Assembly: GCF_021869535.1 (NCBI RefSeq)
Contig: NW_026262659.1
Location: 4,216,001 to 4,280,000, forward strand
DNA: 64,000 nucleotides
Source: Mytilus californianus
Taxonomy: Eukaryota
Direction: 5' to 3'
Part shown: positions 13,401-28,500 of the stretch, in pieces
Layout of the letters: each line of letters opens with the position of its first letter
How positions within the stretch are numbered: position 1 is the stretch's first letter
Notes under the pieces: generated by a model
Told to the model about the DNA's origin: nothing
Database searches by the model: none
The model's input: only the letters and a program-made list of their open reading frames with translations
Made by a program: the position numbers and the translations under genes

Positions 13401-16400
13401 AAAAAAAATAAATGGGCAATGTGTCCGTGGGACACAGATGATGCCCCCACTTGCATATAACGCTATAAAGGGACATAACTCAATAACTGTAAAAGTGACG
13501 CTACCCAAATTTGTACTTGATCTGAATTTTGTGGTAATAAGCACTGATTATAAGTTTCATAACATTTGGTTGAGGCAAACTTCAGTTAGAGAACGAAAAC
13601 GAAAAATTCAGCAATTTTTCCATTTGTAAAGCGGCATAACTCTAGAGCAGTAAAAGTGATGCCACCAAAATTTGAACTTGATCTGTGTTTCGTGGTAATT
13701 AGCATTGTGCATAAGTTTCATAACATTTTGTATAGGCAAACTAAAGTTAGTGAACAGCAATGAATATTTCAGCAATTTTTCCATGTAAAGGGGCATAACT
13801 CTAGAACGATAAAAAAGTGTCGCCACCAAAATTCAAACTTAATATGTGTCTTGTGGTAATAAGTATTGTGTATAAGTTTCATAATATTTGGTTGAGGCAA
13901 ACTAAAGTTAGACCTTTGACCTATAATGGTTTACTTTTATAAATTTTGACTTGGATGGAGTGTTGTCTCATTGGCACTCATACCACATCTTCTTATATCT
14001 AATTAGAGAACGGAAACGAAAAATTCAGCAATTTTTCCATTTGTAAAGGGGCATAACTCTAGAACGGTAAAAGTGACACCACCAAAATTCAAACTTGATT
14101 TGTGTTTTGTGGTAATAAGCATTGTCTATAAGTTTCATAACATTTAATTGAGGCAAACTAAAGTTAGAGAACGGAAACCAATTTTGATATGTACGTATGT
14201 ACAGATGGACAAGGGTAAAACTTAATGCCCCCTCCGCTACGGCAGGGGCATAAAAACATCCTTTGACTTTATCTTGAAACAGGAATGAAATAGCAATAAA
14301 AAACTTGTACATTTTGATTTCCACATAAACAAGGATCTAAATCAAGGTAATCAATCAGTCACTAAGAATTAAACTGGTATTCTTGATCAATAATGACACA
14401 ACATGAACAAAGCAAACATTGACCAGAAACAGAAGCTAGAATATACAAATGTATACAGTATGCATTCAAAATTTCTGTCATGCAACAGCAAAAAAGGCAC
14501 TCCTAATTGAATAAAATGCTCCGCTGGGGCGCAGCTTGATACGACCGCAGAGGTCGAACCCTGAACAGTTGGGGCAAGTATGGACACAACATTCAAGCTT
14601 GATACAGCACTGAATTTGGATTGTAATTAAATATTTGACACAGCATAGGTTTCTGACACAGAATGAAAGTGGTCTAAGAACTTAAAAATTTTCAATTTAC
14701 CTATTCATACATGTGATGGACTGTGAAACTCAGATCAGGAGATTGGGAAATTTTGGTCAGGAGATTAGGACTCAGATCAGGAGGTTTTTAATCGACATTA
14801 ATTTTGTTGTAAATGTAACCGTGTGCTGTAAAAATGGTCTTTTAAAGTGTGTTTTCTTCAACTTTCCAACCAATTTATTATGTTTATAGTACCCTTGTAC
14901 TTATAAAGTTTCTCCATCTTTATATTCTACATGTTCAATCTAACATTGTTTTTTTCCAGTATGTTCTTCAAATTTTTTACTTCATATTCTATAAAACAAT
15001 CATTGCAACCAGAACATTTGTTTAGCTGTCTGCAAATAGTTTTTATTTTTTTTTTTCTCTTGCAAATAGTTTTTATTTGCAAACTCAGAAATTCATTCTA
15101 TCTGTAAAGTTAGGGTCATAGTTATTATATAAATTTCAATTTAAGCCTTAAAAGGAAGTATAGAATCCTCAAATAATTTTCAAATTATTATTTTTTTATT
15201 TGTCCTAAGACATTTAAAATCATTTAATAACCATCCTTTTATGATTATTTGTTCAATTTATATTTTATTTATATTCTTTTAAAAATTTTCATTATTAAAA
15301 GGAAAGTAACTTAAAACAGGATAAATCAAGGGAAGTAACCCAATAAATACACAGTTTTTGTTACACAACGGCAGTTAGCCTGAGGTAAAAATCGTTGCTT
15401 ACCAGTATGTTTGACACCCAAGCTGACAAGTGAAGCCATATAATTATGCATGTTAATTGATTTACAGGTAAAATATAACTTCAGGTAATGTCAGTTACAC
15501 CAGATGCCTGAGATGTTATGTTGGGCAGAAATTTTTCATTCATGAAAAATTTCATACACAGGATTTTTTCAACGGGAGGGGGGAGGAGACCCCTGAAAAC
15601 GGGATTATTGTACTCCCGTCGGGAGGTTCACATGTATGCCTATTCAAACCATATCATTATTATTTGCTTTTATATATAAATCAGAAATAACCAATTTAAA
15701 ATGGAAAATGTTAAAGAAAAAATAGGAAAAAAAAAATCCCCCCCCCCCAATTTTTTGAACCCCCTTATGATTCATCGCCCCCAAACTCAATCCCAGCTTT
15801 CCCTTTGTGGTATGGTACCTTGCAGTACAATTTCAGAGAGATTCATACACTTGAACACAAGTTATTGTCTGGAAACTAGAAAAATGCTTGTTTTTTGGCC
15901 CCTTTTTGGCCCCAAATTCCTAAACGTTTAGGGCAATTTCCCCCAAACTCAATTCCAGCTTTCCCTTTGCGATATGGAACCTTGCAGTACAATTTCATAA
16001 AGATCCATACACTTACACACAAGTTATTGTCCTGAAACTAGAAAAAAATGCATGTTTTTTTTGCCCTTTTATGGCCCCTAATTACTAAAATTTTGAGGGA
16101 AAACCCCCAAAATCAATCCCAGCCTTCCCTTTGTGATATGGAACCTTGTAGTACAATTTCATAAAGATCCATACACTTACAAACAAGTTATTGTCATGAA
16201 ACTAGAAAAATGCTAGTTTTTTGCCCCTTTTTGGCCCCTAATTCCAAATATTTGGAGGAAATCACCCCAAAAATCAATCCCAGCATTCCCTTTGTGATAT
16301 GGAACCTTGTGGTACAATGTCAGAGAGATCCATACACTTACACACAAGTTATGTCTGGAAGTTACAAAAATGCTTATTTTTGGCCCCTTTTGGCCCCTAA

Positions 16401-16561
16401 TTCCTTAACTGTTAGTACCATAACCCCCAAAATCAATCCCCACCTTCCTTTTGTGGTATTGAACCTTATGGTAAAATTTCAATGAGATCCATTCACTTAA
16501 ACTTAAGTTAGAGTGCGAAAACTAATGTGTATTCGGACGACGACGCCGGACGACGACGCCG

Positions 16562-16593
<32 letters not shown>

Positions 16594-19500
16594 CAACGTC
16601 ATACCAATATACGACCACAAAAATTTTTTTGCGGTCGTATAAAAATTAAATAGTGGAATAAATTAATGTATTATCTGGTTGTAAAAAAGCTTTTCACAAA
16701 AGTTATAATTATTCAGTTGTATTGAAGTTTTTTAACCTTCTGAAAACAAAACATGCATAGGACAGGACCAACAGGGCAGAGGGAACCTGTGATCCTTTTT
16801 TGGGGGCTAGCTAGGAGATTGTTAAATACAAAAATAACTGTATATTCTGAGAAAGCCAGTTTACCTATTCCTGTGACCCTCTATTTGGGGCTAGCTAGCA
16901 CATTGTTTAGTACAAAAATAACTTCATATTCTTAGAAAACCAGTTTACCTATTCCTGTGACCCTCTATTTGGGGCTAGCTAGGACATTGTTAAGTACAAA
17001 AAATAACTGTATATTCTTAGAAAGCCAGTTTACCTATTCCTTGAATTAGCTCTCCCCCAAGTAATGGTGGTTCATCTGACTGTGATACTTTGGCACTATC
17101 TCTTAAAATCTGAAATAAAACACAAATGTTGATTTTACCTAAATATTGATCAACTAAACTGAATGTAAATTTGTACCCTAAACATTTTAATTTAGATGTC
17201 TACTACAGACTGATATATTAGGGGGGGTAGGAGGGGTCCTGATCCCAAAATCCCGGGCTTAAAAACAAGGAATCCCGAGGTCCCGAATTTAAAAAAATTT
17301 AAATCCCGACATCCCAAAATTCGAAAAAAGAATTCCCGGATCCCGAAAGGATCAATCCCAAAATCCCGAGCTTAAAAACACCAGATCCCGGAGTCTTGAT
17401 AAAGGTCCTAACCACCCCCCCCCCCCCCCATATATGCCTTCTATTCAAATCTTACCTGTGTGACAGGATTGCTTCCCTTAGTATGTGTAGTAGATACTTA
17501 GTCGTAAGCGGTTGAGCTAAGGAAGTACTTCTTTAGCTCAGTCAGTTAGAGAGCTGCCTTGTATCACAGAAGTCCCAGTTCGAGTCCCATTGGAGACAAA
17601 GTGATTTTGTAATGAAAATTATGCTCTCTGGTTACATTTGGTGCCCAACTAAAAAACCCACTGTGGTTAGAGAGGATTTCTAGCCAGGGTATGTGTTGTT
17701 TAATTCATAATGGTATGATGACTCTTGAGTTGGGGGAAGGGTGACAGGATTGATTCCCTTAGTACATGTGGTAGATACTTAAGTCAGCCGTAGGCGGTTG
17801 AGATAAGGAAGTACTTCTTTAGCTCAGTCCATTAGAACACTACCTTGTAACACAGAGGTCCCAGTTTGAGTACCAGAGGAGAAAAAAGTGATTTTGTAAT
17901 GAAAATCATGCTCTCCAGTTACACCTGCTTCAGGTACATGTATAAGAAATGGGCTGTTGGCTTAAAAAAGGCACTCATTCGAGGTGAAGTAGTTTATAAA
18001 ATATTTCCCAAATATCTAGTTAATAGGGCTTGATAAAATATTTCCTGAATAGAGTTAACATGGTTTGATAAGGGATTCTGAGAGCAGCCAAATCAGAAAA
18101 CCGCTCCTGACATAAGGGATTCCACTGTAATACTTCTTCTTCAGTTACAGCAAGGATTTTTATAGTAAGACCACAGGCACTTGTTTCTATCCATGGGAAG
18201 AACCACTATCAAAGTATATTTAGGAGCCTAATATACGTTGATAGTGGTTCTTCCCATGGATAGAAACAAGTGCCTGTGAGTAAGACTATACAAATCCTTT
18301 GTTTTAGAAAACCATCAACATACTCAGTGATTTTGCTAGCGCTCGTCATTTTCGTCATTTACAAAACGGTTTTCAAAATGACGAAAGTATTCCAAATCAA
18401 TTTCGTCACTTAATTTTGGAAAGAGTAAAAATATTTTCGCATGAAAATACTATAATTCTACCTGTCTTATTGTTTCTGACAAGTTTATGACCCTCAGCTA
18501 ATTAACATTTACAACAGGTGTTATAAGTTGTGATTACAGATAATCCGCTTATCGCCATCAGATGGGTCACTAATCCGTTAATTATTTATCAACCTCAAAA
18601 TTGATCATCAATATATTTTTTTCCCCAGTAAAATCAGTTAGTCGGCATTTCAATTTCAATATTTATCACACGAGCACAATTTGCAGTTCGTTTGTCGTAG
18701 TTTCGTCATTTCAGTTTTCCCTCGGACAGTTCGCATTTTAATTTCAATATTTCTCAAACGATCACAATTTGCAGTTCGCTTGTCATAGTTTTGTCAAATG
18801 AACGTATTTTCGTCATATGATGAACTGCGCATGCGCGAAAGTATTCGAGTGTGTATATTTTGCTGGTTGCGGGTTGTGGGTTGCGGGTTGCGGGTTGCGA
18901 TGTATAGTCAGTTGAACAATAAAGATAGAAGAAAAAAATCACTAAAACATTGATACACATAGATAAAATGTGTGAGAATGTGTACGTTATTATAAACAAA
19001 CTTTCCCAGGTAAGGGGGAGGTTTTGGATCCCGCTAACATGTTTAACCCCACCACATTCTGTATGTATATGTGCCTGTCCCAAGTCAGGAGCCTATAATT
19101 CAGTGGTTTTCATTTGTTTATGTGTTACATATTTGTTTTTCGTTCATTTTTTGTACATAAATTAGGCCATTAGTTTTCTCGTTTGAATTGTTTTACATTG
19201 TCATTTCGGGTCCTTTTATAGCTGACTATACGGTATGTGTTTTGCTCATTGTTGAAGGCCATACGGTGACCTATAGTTGTTAATTTCTGTGTCATTTGGT
19301 CTCTTGTGGAGAGTTGTCTCATTTGCAAACATACCACATCTTCTTTTTTATATTTCAGTGATTTATTACTGGTCAATATATCAGAAAATAAATATCAAAT
19401 ATCAAAACCAAAAAGATCACTTATTTTAGTATTGATAAAAAGTAAAAATTGTTAACCACCTAGGCCAGTGCTCTAGAAAAATCACGCAAAGCAAGTGTAC

Positions 19501-22500
19501 GAAAGGGAACTTTTCAGGAAGAAAATTCAAATTACATGATTTCTTAAATTTCCCTGAATTAAGTGGATAATAAAAATAGTGATCGTATTTGAACAGATTT
19601 TTTTTGTAATTCAAGTAATTAAAAAGTGTCCAAAGATTGCTATGATTTTTATCATATGATTCTAGATCATCTCAATGTCATATTTGTTATGTGCATTTTG
19701 CATTCAGACCTTAAACTATAGTTATGTGCAAAAACATTGATTTGTTTTAATGTATATAGTTATATTAAAGATATATATATATTTATACTTTACTTCCTAT
19801 TTGTTTTTGTTTCTTCTTTTTCTACTTTTCTTTAGATAAAACATGATGTTAATTGAATAATTCTAGATGATTAGCCAGATTTACCAAATTTTAAAGGTCA
19901 GAAATTTATTGTGTGAACTATCAAACTTTAGGATAGATTTATTGGTTTTAGTGACAGATTTCTTCAGACAAAATTTTATATAACAAGTTTAATTGTTTCA
20001 AATGAAGGATTTATGTTCTTCTGTCCAAACTAATTAAATAAAAGTAAAGTAGATGCAATAGTTATGTACAATTCAGCATCCCTTTGCATATATATAAAAG
20101 ACCTTTCATCCTCAAAATAAAAATGAAATAATTTTATAAAGTACCGAAACTTAATGAAAGAGGAGCCATAGAACATACAGCAAGTGTATACAAAGTGTCT
20201 TTACAAGAAAGAAGAGAAAAGTTATCGGTAAGTAAATAATTATATGTTTAAAATTATATATATAATGTCAGATAGAATTTGTTCAAAATTCACTATTTTG
20301 ATTAATATATTTTTTAATTATGTTTTATGGTCAGACAATTTATCTTACTAAACTTGAGAAACAAATAAAGGTTTAAAACAAAATCAAATAAAAGTTTAAA
20401 ACAAAATCAAATAATGTATAATTTTCTTAATTTGTGATAATTTTACCAAAAAAAAACAGAAAGAATTTAGTTTTCATTTTCTAGACAAAAGTCATCTTCC
20501 TTCAATATTCTTTCTTTTATTTTTTAAAAAATTAGATAGTTTTTTTTTTAATTTGTTTTCATTTTGTATATGCCCATTTATCCGTTTTTATGTCGGTCGT
20601 CAAAATTACTAAAAAAAACGCTTTAATCAATTTGGATGAAAGTCTGGTGAATTGTTTTTATCTATTGTAAGTTCCATTACGATTTATATAAATTTTTCAT
20701 TATACATTTCAGAGTAAGTAATGTGATTTTTTCATTAAAAAGGGGGAATTTACAGGTTTTCGTACAATAACTCATTAATGCTTTGAGCAGTTTTCATGAA
20801 ACTTTTGTGACTGGTTTAAATCTATTAAAATGACCTCCCTTTAGTTTGTTTTATTTATTTCTGATATGACATGGAAAGCGAATGGCTTACCAATTAACTT
20901 TCAACCAATTAGTATATAAATTTTTAAGTAACTTTGAATTTTAATTAAAAAAAAAAATTAGATAGTGCAAACAGGCAAGGGTAAAACTTAATGCCTCTGC
21001 ATTGATGAGAGCCTAAAATGTGCCAAAATTTACAAGTTGAAGAAAAACTTAAATCTTTGTAAACTCAATTAACTAAATTAAGAGTAAAGTTTGTAATTAA
21101 ATCATCAATTCTGAAAATTTGAGATTACCGGTAGCTTAAAAAACTGTGACGAAAATTAAGAAGAAAATAGGAATAAGTCTTAGTTTAAGATGAGTTGTGA
21201 ACTTTTTATTAAGACCAGAAAAGCAATGACTTTTATAAAAATAATGTTGATAAACATGATCAAGGAACATCGAATGGTATTTATAGTTTTGAAGATGATA
21301 TTTTTTTTACAGAATCCGTGAAGAAGAAAAGTACAAAGTTTCAAGAAAATGGGACCTGAAAGGTAAGTTTGTGTTCTTCCTATAGCCTTTACCTAACCTT
21401 CTGTAAGCATTAAATACACACATGAGGGTGTTACTCTGATTTGTTGTGTCTACATTTTTAATTTACCCCATCATAATATGGTTACTTCATAATGATATAG
21501 CTTTGCATTGTTTAGGAGGGTGTTCTTTAAGCAGTTTAAACTTAATTCATGTTAAAGCAGACAAATGCAGCATATCAATTTTCCTTTAATGACACTTTGA
21601 TGTAAATACAAATAAATTGCATATTTTGATTTTTCTGTAGAAAATTTATGAGGTACCATATAGTTTGTAAATGTATCTTAATGGAATTGCCTTTGCAATG
21701 TTTAGTATTGATACACTATTATTCTTTTCTGTGCCACATGGTCTATAATTAAGTCAGTGCTACAGCAAAATAATCCCAGTAAAATGCTCTGATGGGCGCA
21801 GCTTGATATGACCGTAGAGGTCGAACCCTGAAAAGTTGGGCAATATGGAAGACAACATTCAAGTTAAATACAGCTCTGAATTTGGATTTGCATTAAATAT
21901 TTGACACAGCATACGTTTCTGACACGTAATTAATGTGGTCTTAGAACTTACAAATTTGAAATTGGATATATACGTATCATGGTCCAATATCCAAAATCTA
22001 AATGATAGTTAGATTAATTCAGCATATACAAAAAAGAATTCAATTTTTATATGCCCGTCAAAATTTTGACGGAACGTATTATGGTATACAAATGTCCGGC
22101 GTCCGTCTGTCTGTTCGTCCGTCTGTCCGTCTGTCCGGCGTCCACATAACTTGAGAACCTCTTATCCAAATTTCATGAAACTAAACATAGTTGTTTCTTA
22201 TGATGGTCAAACGATCTGTATACTTTTTGGTGAAAATAGGATGTAAACTTTTTGATTTACGGGACTTTATAACTAAAACAGGGGTGTGTTTTTTCACATG
22301 TTGCGCTGTATCTCAAAAACGATTTATGATTATTGCTTAAAATTTTACACACTTCTTAGTTTTATTAATCCAAAGATCTGTATACTTTTTGGTGATGATT
22401 CAAAATTTTATTTTAGAGTTATTGAGTTTTTTGTAAAAAAAAAGGGGGGTTTTTCACATGTCGTCCCGTATCTCAAAAACGATTTATGATTATTGCTTAA

Positions 22501-25500
22501 AACTTTACACACTTCTTAGTTATATTAATCCTAAGATCTGTATACTTTTTGGTGATGATTCAAAATTTTATTTTAGATTTATTGAGTTTTTTGTAAAAAA
22601 AAGGGGGGTTTTCACATGTCGCATCGTATTTCAAAAACCATTAATGATTATTGCTTAAAACTTTCCACACTTCTTAGTTATATTAATCTTAAGATCTGTA
22701 TATTTTTTGGTGATGATTCAAAATGTTATTTTAGAGTTATTGAGTTTTTTGTAAAAAAAGGGGGGTTTTCACATGTCGCGCCGTATCCCAGAAACTATTT
22801 ATGATTATTGCATAAAACTTCTCACACAAGAAGAAGGGCGTATCATGCGCTCATGGCGCAACTGTTTATTGAAGATTTCAAACAAAGGTTAATGTTGGCC
22901 CTTTTGAACTGGAGGACAACTTTTATAACGGGGCCCAAAATCCTAAATCTAAATACAAGGTTAGAAGCGGCATTTCAAAGAACTCGATATATTATTTTTT
23001 TGTTAATATGTAACAAAGTTTAATTTCAAACCCTGATTTGGATCAACTTGAAAACTGGGCTCAAAATCCAAAATGTAGATACACATATTTAGAATCAGCA
23101 TACTTAGTATCAAAGAAACCCAAGTATTCCTTTTTTGGTTGAAATAAAGATTTATTTTAGACCCTTTGTACCAATTTGAAAATAGGGCCCAAAATTTAAA
23201 AAATCTAAATACATTTCTCGTTTTTATATAGATAAGACCATTGGTTTTCCCGTTTGAATTTAACTTAGTTGTCTAATGACACGTTGCCAAAGGGCCAATT
23301 CGTTTGAATGGTTTTACACTAGTAATTTTTGGGGCCCTCTATAACTTGCTATTCGGTGTGAGCCGATGCTCCGTGTTAAAGGCCGTACCTTGACCTATAA
23401 TGGTTTACTTTTATGAATTTCTACTTGGATGGAGAGTTGTCTCATTGGCACTCATACCACATCTTCCTAATGTCTATGGTTATATTCAGCATATCAGCAA
23501 AAAACCACGTTATATTATTTTTGATAAAATTCAAACAACATTTAATGTTAAACCCTTTCAACCACAACGTGGACCAAGGGCACAACATCACAAAATCCAA
23601 AATCTAAATACACAGTGGATGCAATATAAAGAACCCCAAGGATTCAATACTTTAAAGGAAACCCTATTTAAATTGGTCAAGGAATAAGCAACTTATACAA
23701 AGTTTTAGAAAAGTATTGTTTTGGCAACTTTTTCCTGAATGGTTATGACCATAACCCCATTAAAATCAATCACAACCTTCCTATTTAGCTCACCTGACCC
23801 AAAGGGCCAAGTGAGCTCTTCTTATCACTTTGTGTCCCTCTGAAACTACTTGGCCAAATTTAACCAAACTTGGCCCAAATCATCCTTAGGGTATCTATTT
23901 AAAAATGAAGAAATAAATAGAGAATGAGTCCATGGGACACAGACGATGCCCCCGCTTGCATATCATGTAAAGTTATAAAGTGACATAACTGAAGAATGGT
24001 GTAATTGATGTGACCCAAATTTGTACTTGATCAGAGTTTTGTGGTAATAAGTATTGTGTATAAGTCTTTATATAATAAATTGAAGTATAGGGGTAAAATG
24101 TAGATTTTGGCTTAATCTCTGCTGTTAGAGTAAATCTGACAGGGGTTAAATTATTCATCAAGTCAAGATCTATTTTCATACAAATCAAACCACCCGTTGT
24201 TCAGTTTAAAAAAGTCTCCTATGACCACGCCTGCCAACAGTTGTTGGGTTGCTGCCCCTTAAGTGGTAAATTTTATGGAAATTTTTTATTTTTTGGTTAT
24301 TATCTTGAATGTTATAATAGATATAGATATAGATATAGATAAACTTGTTAACAGCAAGAATGTTCAGTTAAATAAGATCTACAAACAAGTCACATCACCA
24401 AAATTGTCAATTGACCTTACAAGAGGATGACCATTTGATATTCTGGGGGTGGAGTGCGGGTGGGGGGGGGGGGGGGTGGAGGATTTGTTTTGGATCGGTT
24501 ATTTATTTTTATGGACTAAAAGGACAGATTATTTATTTTCTGCACTGTTGAAGCATGATTTTTCATTTTCATTAAAACAAGGGACTGATTATTTATTTTC
24601 ACAATTATATTTATAATATTTGAAAACACACAATTTTTAAATTCGTTGTTTTATTCTTAAATCAATAATACATGTATAGTCAAGTCGTTACGAACCATTT
24701 AATCAGAATTAATCCTCCTCCTCTGGAAGTGAATTTTCTGAATTCCAAACTGCATATGTTGCATACGTACAAGGTATTAAAGGGGGGCTGTAACAAACCT
24801 CTTATAAAAGTAATGCCAAACATATTTGCCGAGCGGAACGAGGCAAAAACATTTTTTTGTAAATTTTTTGTAATCTTACAAAAATCTTCTCCATTGAAAC
24901 TACTGAGACAAATTTGACCAAACTTGGCCACAATCATTATTCATATTAGGGTATCTAGTTTAAAAATTGTGTCCGATGAACCCACCTGCCAATCAACATG
25001 GCTGACATAGCTAAAAATAGAACATAGGGGTAAAAAGCAGTTTTTGGCTTATATTTCTGAAACTAAAGCATTTAGAGCAAAATTGTCGCAGATAAAAATG
25101 TTCATCAGGTTAAGATATATTTGTCCTGAAATTTTCAGACGAATCAGAAAAACTGTTGTTAGGTTGCTGCCCCTGAATTAGTAATTTTAAGGAAATTGTG
25201 TTGCTTTTGGTTATTATTTTGAATATTATTATAGATAGAGATGATTTATAAACAGCAATAATGTTCAGCAAAGTAAGATCTACAAATAAGTCAACATGGC
25301 AGACATGGCTAAAAATAGAACATAGGGGGGAAATGCAGTTTTTGACTATCTCTGAAACTAGAGCAAAAGTATAACGGTTGCATTAATTCACGCATTAATT
25401 GCAAAAAAATATCATGTGAGCGACACAGGCTCCTTGGAGCCTCTAGTTTAAACATTTTTTTTTATCACTTGGCCCAAGTGATAATTTTCATCACTTGGCG

Positions 25501-28500
25501 TCCATTGTTCATTAATTTCTACAAAAATCTTCTCCTCTGAAAGTACTTGGCCAAATTTTACATAACATGGCCACAATCATTGTTATGGTATCTAGTTTAA
25601 AGAAGTTTGATGACCCCGCCTGCAAACCAACATGGCCATGGCTAAAAATAAAACAAAGGTAAAATGCAAGTTTTGTGTATTATTTTGAAAATTGTTTTAT
25701 TTTGAGAAAATCTGAGAGAGAAAAAATGTTCAGAATGTTGAGCTCTACCAATGGTCATTAAACATCAAAACTTTCAGACAACTTCTTATAGGAGTTATTG
25801 CCCTTTATAAGTTAAATGACACAAACTACCAACAGTTTAAGAATTAGGGGCCAAAAGGGGCAAAAGCAAGCATTTTTGTAGTTTCCTGAAAATTACTTGT
25901 GTGTAAGTGTATGGATCTCTCTAAAATTGTATTTCAAGGTTCCGTACCACAAAAGAAAGGCTAGGATTGAGTTTGAGTGTATTAACTCCAATAATTTCAA
26001 TCTTCAATTGCACAGAATTGCGCAACAGATTTTTTATGATCTTTGACCGCATTTATTTTGTGTTAGAAACTTATAATATCTCAAACATTTGATCACAGTC
26101 CAAATTTAGACAGTATCAAGCTTGAATATTGTGTCCAAACTTGCCCCAACTGTTCAAGGTTCGACCTCTGCGTTTTATCAGGCTGCGCTCAGCGAAGCAT
26201 TTTATTCATTTGTAAAGGTTTATATCTTAAACGGATAAAGTGACGCCACGAAAATATTAAACTTGTTGTGTATATGTTTCATTACATTTGAATACGAAAA
26301 ACTAAAGTTAGAGAAGGGAAACCAATTTTGGAATGTACAGATGTACGGACATAGAGACGGACAATAGTAAAACTTAATGCCACTGGTAAATATATGATTA
26401 ACAATTTATGAAAAGTTATCATTTTGTCAGATTTGGTCACAGTAAATATTGCTTAGTTTAAAAATGTGTTTTAGATTTTATGCTAAATGAATTAATCATA
26501 GTATTTTATCTTTATCTATTTTCAGTGAAGAAGATTTCATTTTAGTGAAATATTTTGAAGATGGTGAATTAATAGAAGAGTCTTTTTTTCAAAAGGCAAC
26601 CAGGGCAACTGCACTATTCGAATTTATTGGGCGTCAAGATATATATCTGGAGAACATGACAGTGTCTTTGTCCCCTGAATCTTCAAAGAAGAAAATTGAA
26701 CAGGTTTTTCCAAACACAAGTGAGGTGTCTTTAGATATTATCCCATTTGATAGCATATCTCAGGAAAATACAATTGCAGGGTCAGAAAACATAGATATTC
26801 TAGATACAATAATAATCAGTGATTCGAATTCTCCCGTTAAAGGATGTAATAGCACTAATACCATTGCACAATGTTCACCAATCAACAATGTCATAGTTAT
26901 CAGTGATTCTCCTAAGAAGACATCCCAAAAAAGAATCCAATATAAAGATCTTACATCCTCCTCATCCTCAGATGAGCAAAACAGATTACCAATACTGAAG
27001 AGGAAAAGGATAAAGCTGAGTCATCATATCACTGCTGAGAAACAGAGAAATTATGCAAAAGGAATTATTGTTTCGTGTGAATCAGATGAAGAAATAACAG
27101 AAACGATAACATGTAATAAGAATATGTATGACACTCGGTCTTTGACACCAAAACCGGTAGAAAAATTACCTAACAACATTAATGGAAATGTAGCTTTTCA
27201 ACTTCATTATGACAATAAAGAGCGTCAGAAAATGAAATCCTCTCAGGACGGTAGGTCATGGAAGAGATATAACAAATCTTACACCTACTATTTTAAGTCA
27301 TCACATGGTACAAGGTTACGTGCTTAATGCAAAGGATCCTTCAGATGTAAGAATTCTGGATGTCCATATTTGAAGTATTACAACTCAGAAAATTCTCAGC
27401 GTGTTTTAAAAGAAGGAGATGAAACAAATTGTGAGGAATGTGGGGGGGAAATGGAATTTATACACTGCGATGCTGTAAAAATATGGCAGTTTCCCAGGGA
27501 CAAAAACTTTGTAAATGTTTATCATTTTGGAGACCACACTTGTCCGGTAATAAACAAGCCTTATCCTCCAGTTGATCAAATTAAATCAATGTATGAATTG
27601 AATCCAGACTTTAAACCATGTGAAGTGTCATCTAAACTTATTATGAATAAAGTTGAAACTGCAGCATCAAGAGAAGAAGTTGAAGACATGGCTTTTAATC
27701 TTGTAGATGATTCAAAAGCAAGAAACATTAAACAATCTGTAGTTGGTAAATCTGGTGAAGTGTGCAGAAAATTATTTGAACTTCAAAATAAATGTGTGGA
27801 TATCTATAAAGATCCATATCTTCTGTATAAATTTCAAATGTTAGAGCAAAATATCAACACTTCCAGTTGTAAAGTTATATTGTCGGAGTTCAAGAAAGAT
27901 AGAATTGTAAAATCAGAGTGGACTGGTAACGAAAAAAATTATGTTTTTGTTCTAAAATCGTCAAAGGAAAAACTGAAGCTCTTGACAGAAATAATGAAAT
28001 TAGACGATATAATGGGGGAAGAATATGTATATGTAGACTTTAAGGAAAACAGAATTAAAGGAAAAGGTAAAAATTTAAAAACGCTTGGTTTATCAGTGTA
28101 CCACGTCATATTAAAAAAGGTAGTTTGGCTTGTTAGAATGGACTGCGAAAAAGAAGATAAGGAAACTGTTTTGCTGTTCCTAAAAGGTATTGACGAAATG
28201 CTAAAACAATATTCCGATCAACAAATAAATGAATTCAGACCTGCCTCAGGGTGGATGATGGATGAAGGAGGTGGTCTCCATTCAGCACTGGAAACCAAAT
28301 ATGGAGCAATTTACTGTCAGGACAAAGTTGTTACCTGCCAACTACATTTAAACATGTGCAGAAATAGACACACGTCTTCTGTTTTTATAGGAAATGATGG
28401 CAAAGAACAGAAAATAGTTGAATTAAGAAAGAAGATAAATGACATGGTGCATTCAACAACTGTTAATCAGTACAATTCACAGTACAATGAGGTTAAAAGA

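Noticed and set aside
17510-17885. Two tRNA-Thr(TGT) genes
   Set aside because: The acceptor and anticodon stems pair poorly, and both copies lie at the same position within paired LTRs, so they are TRIM components.
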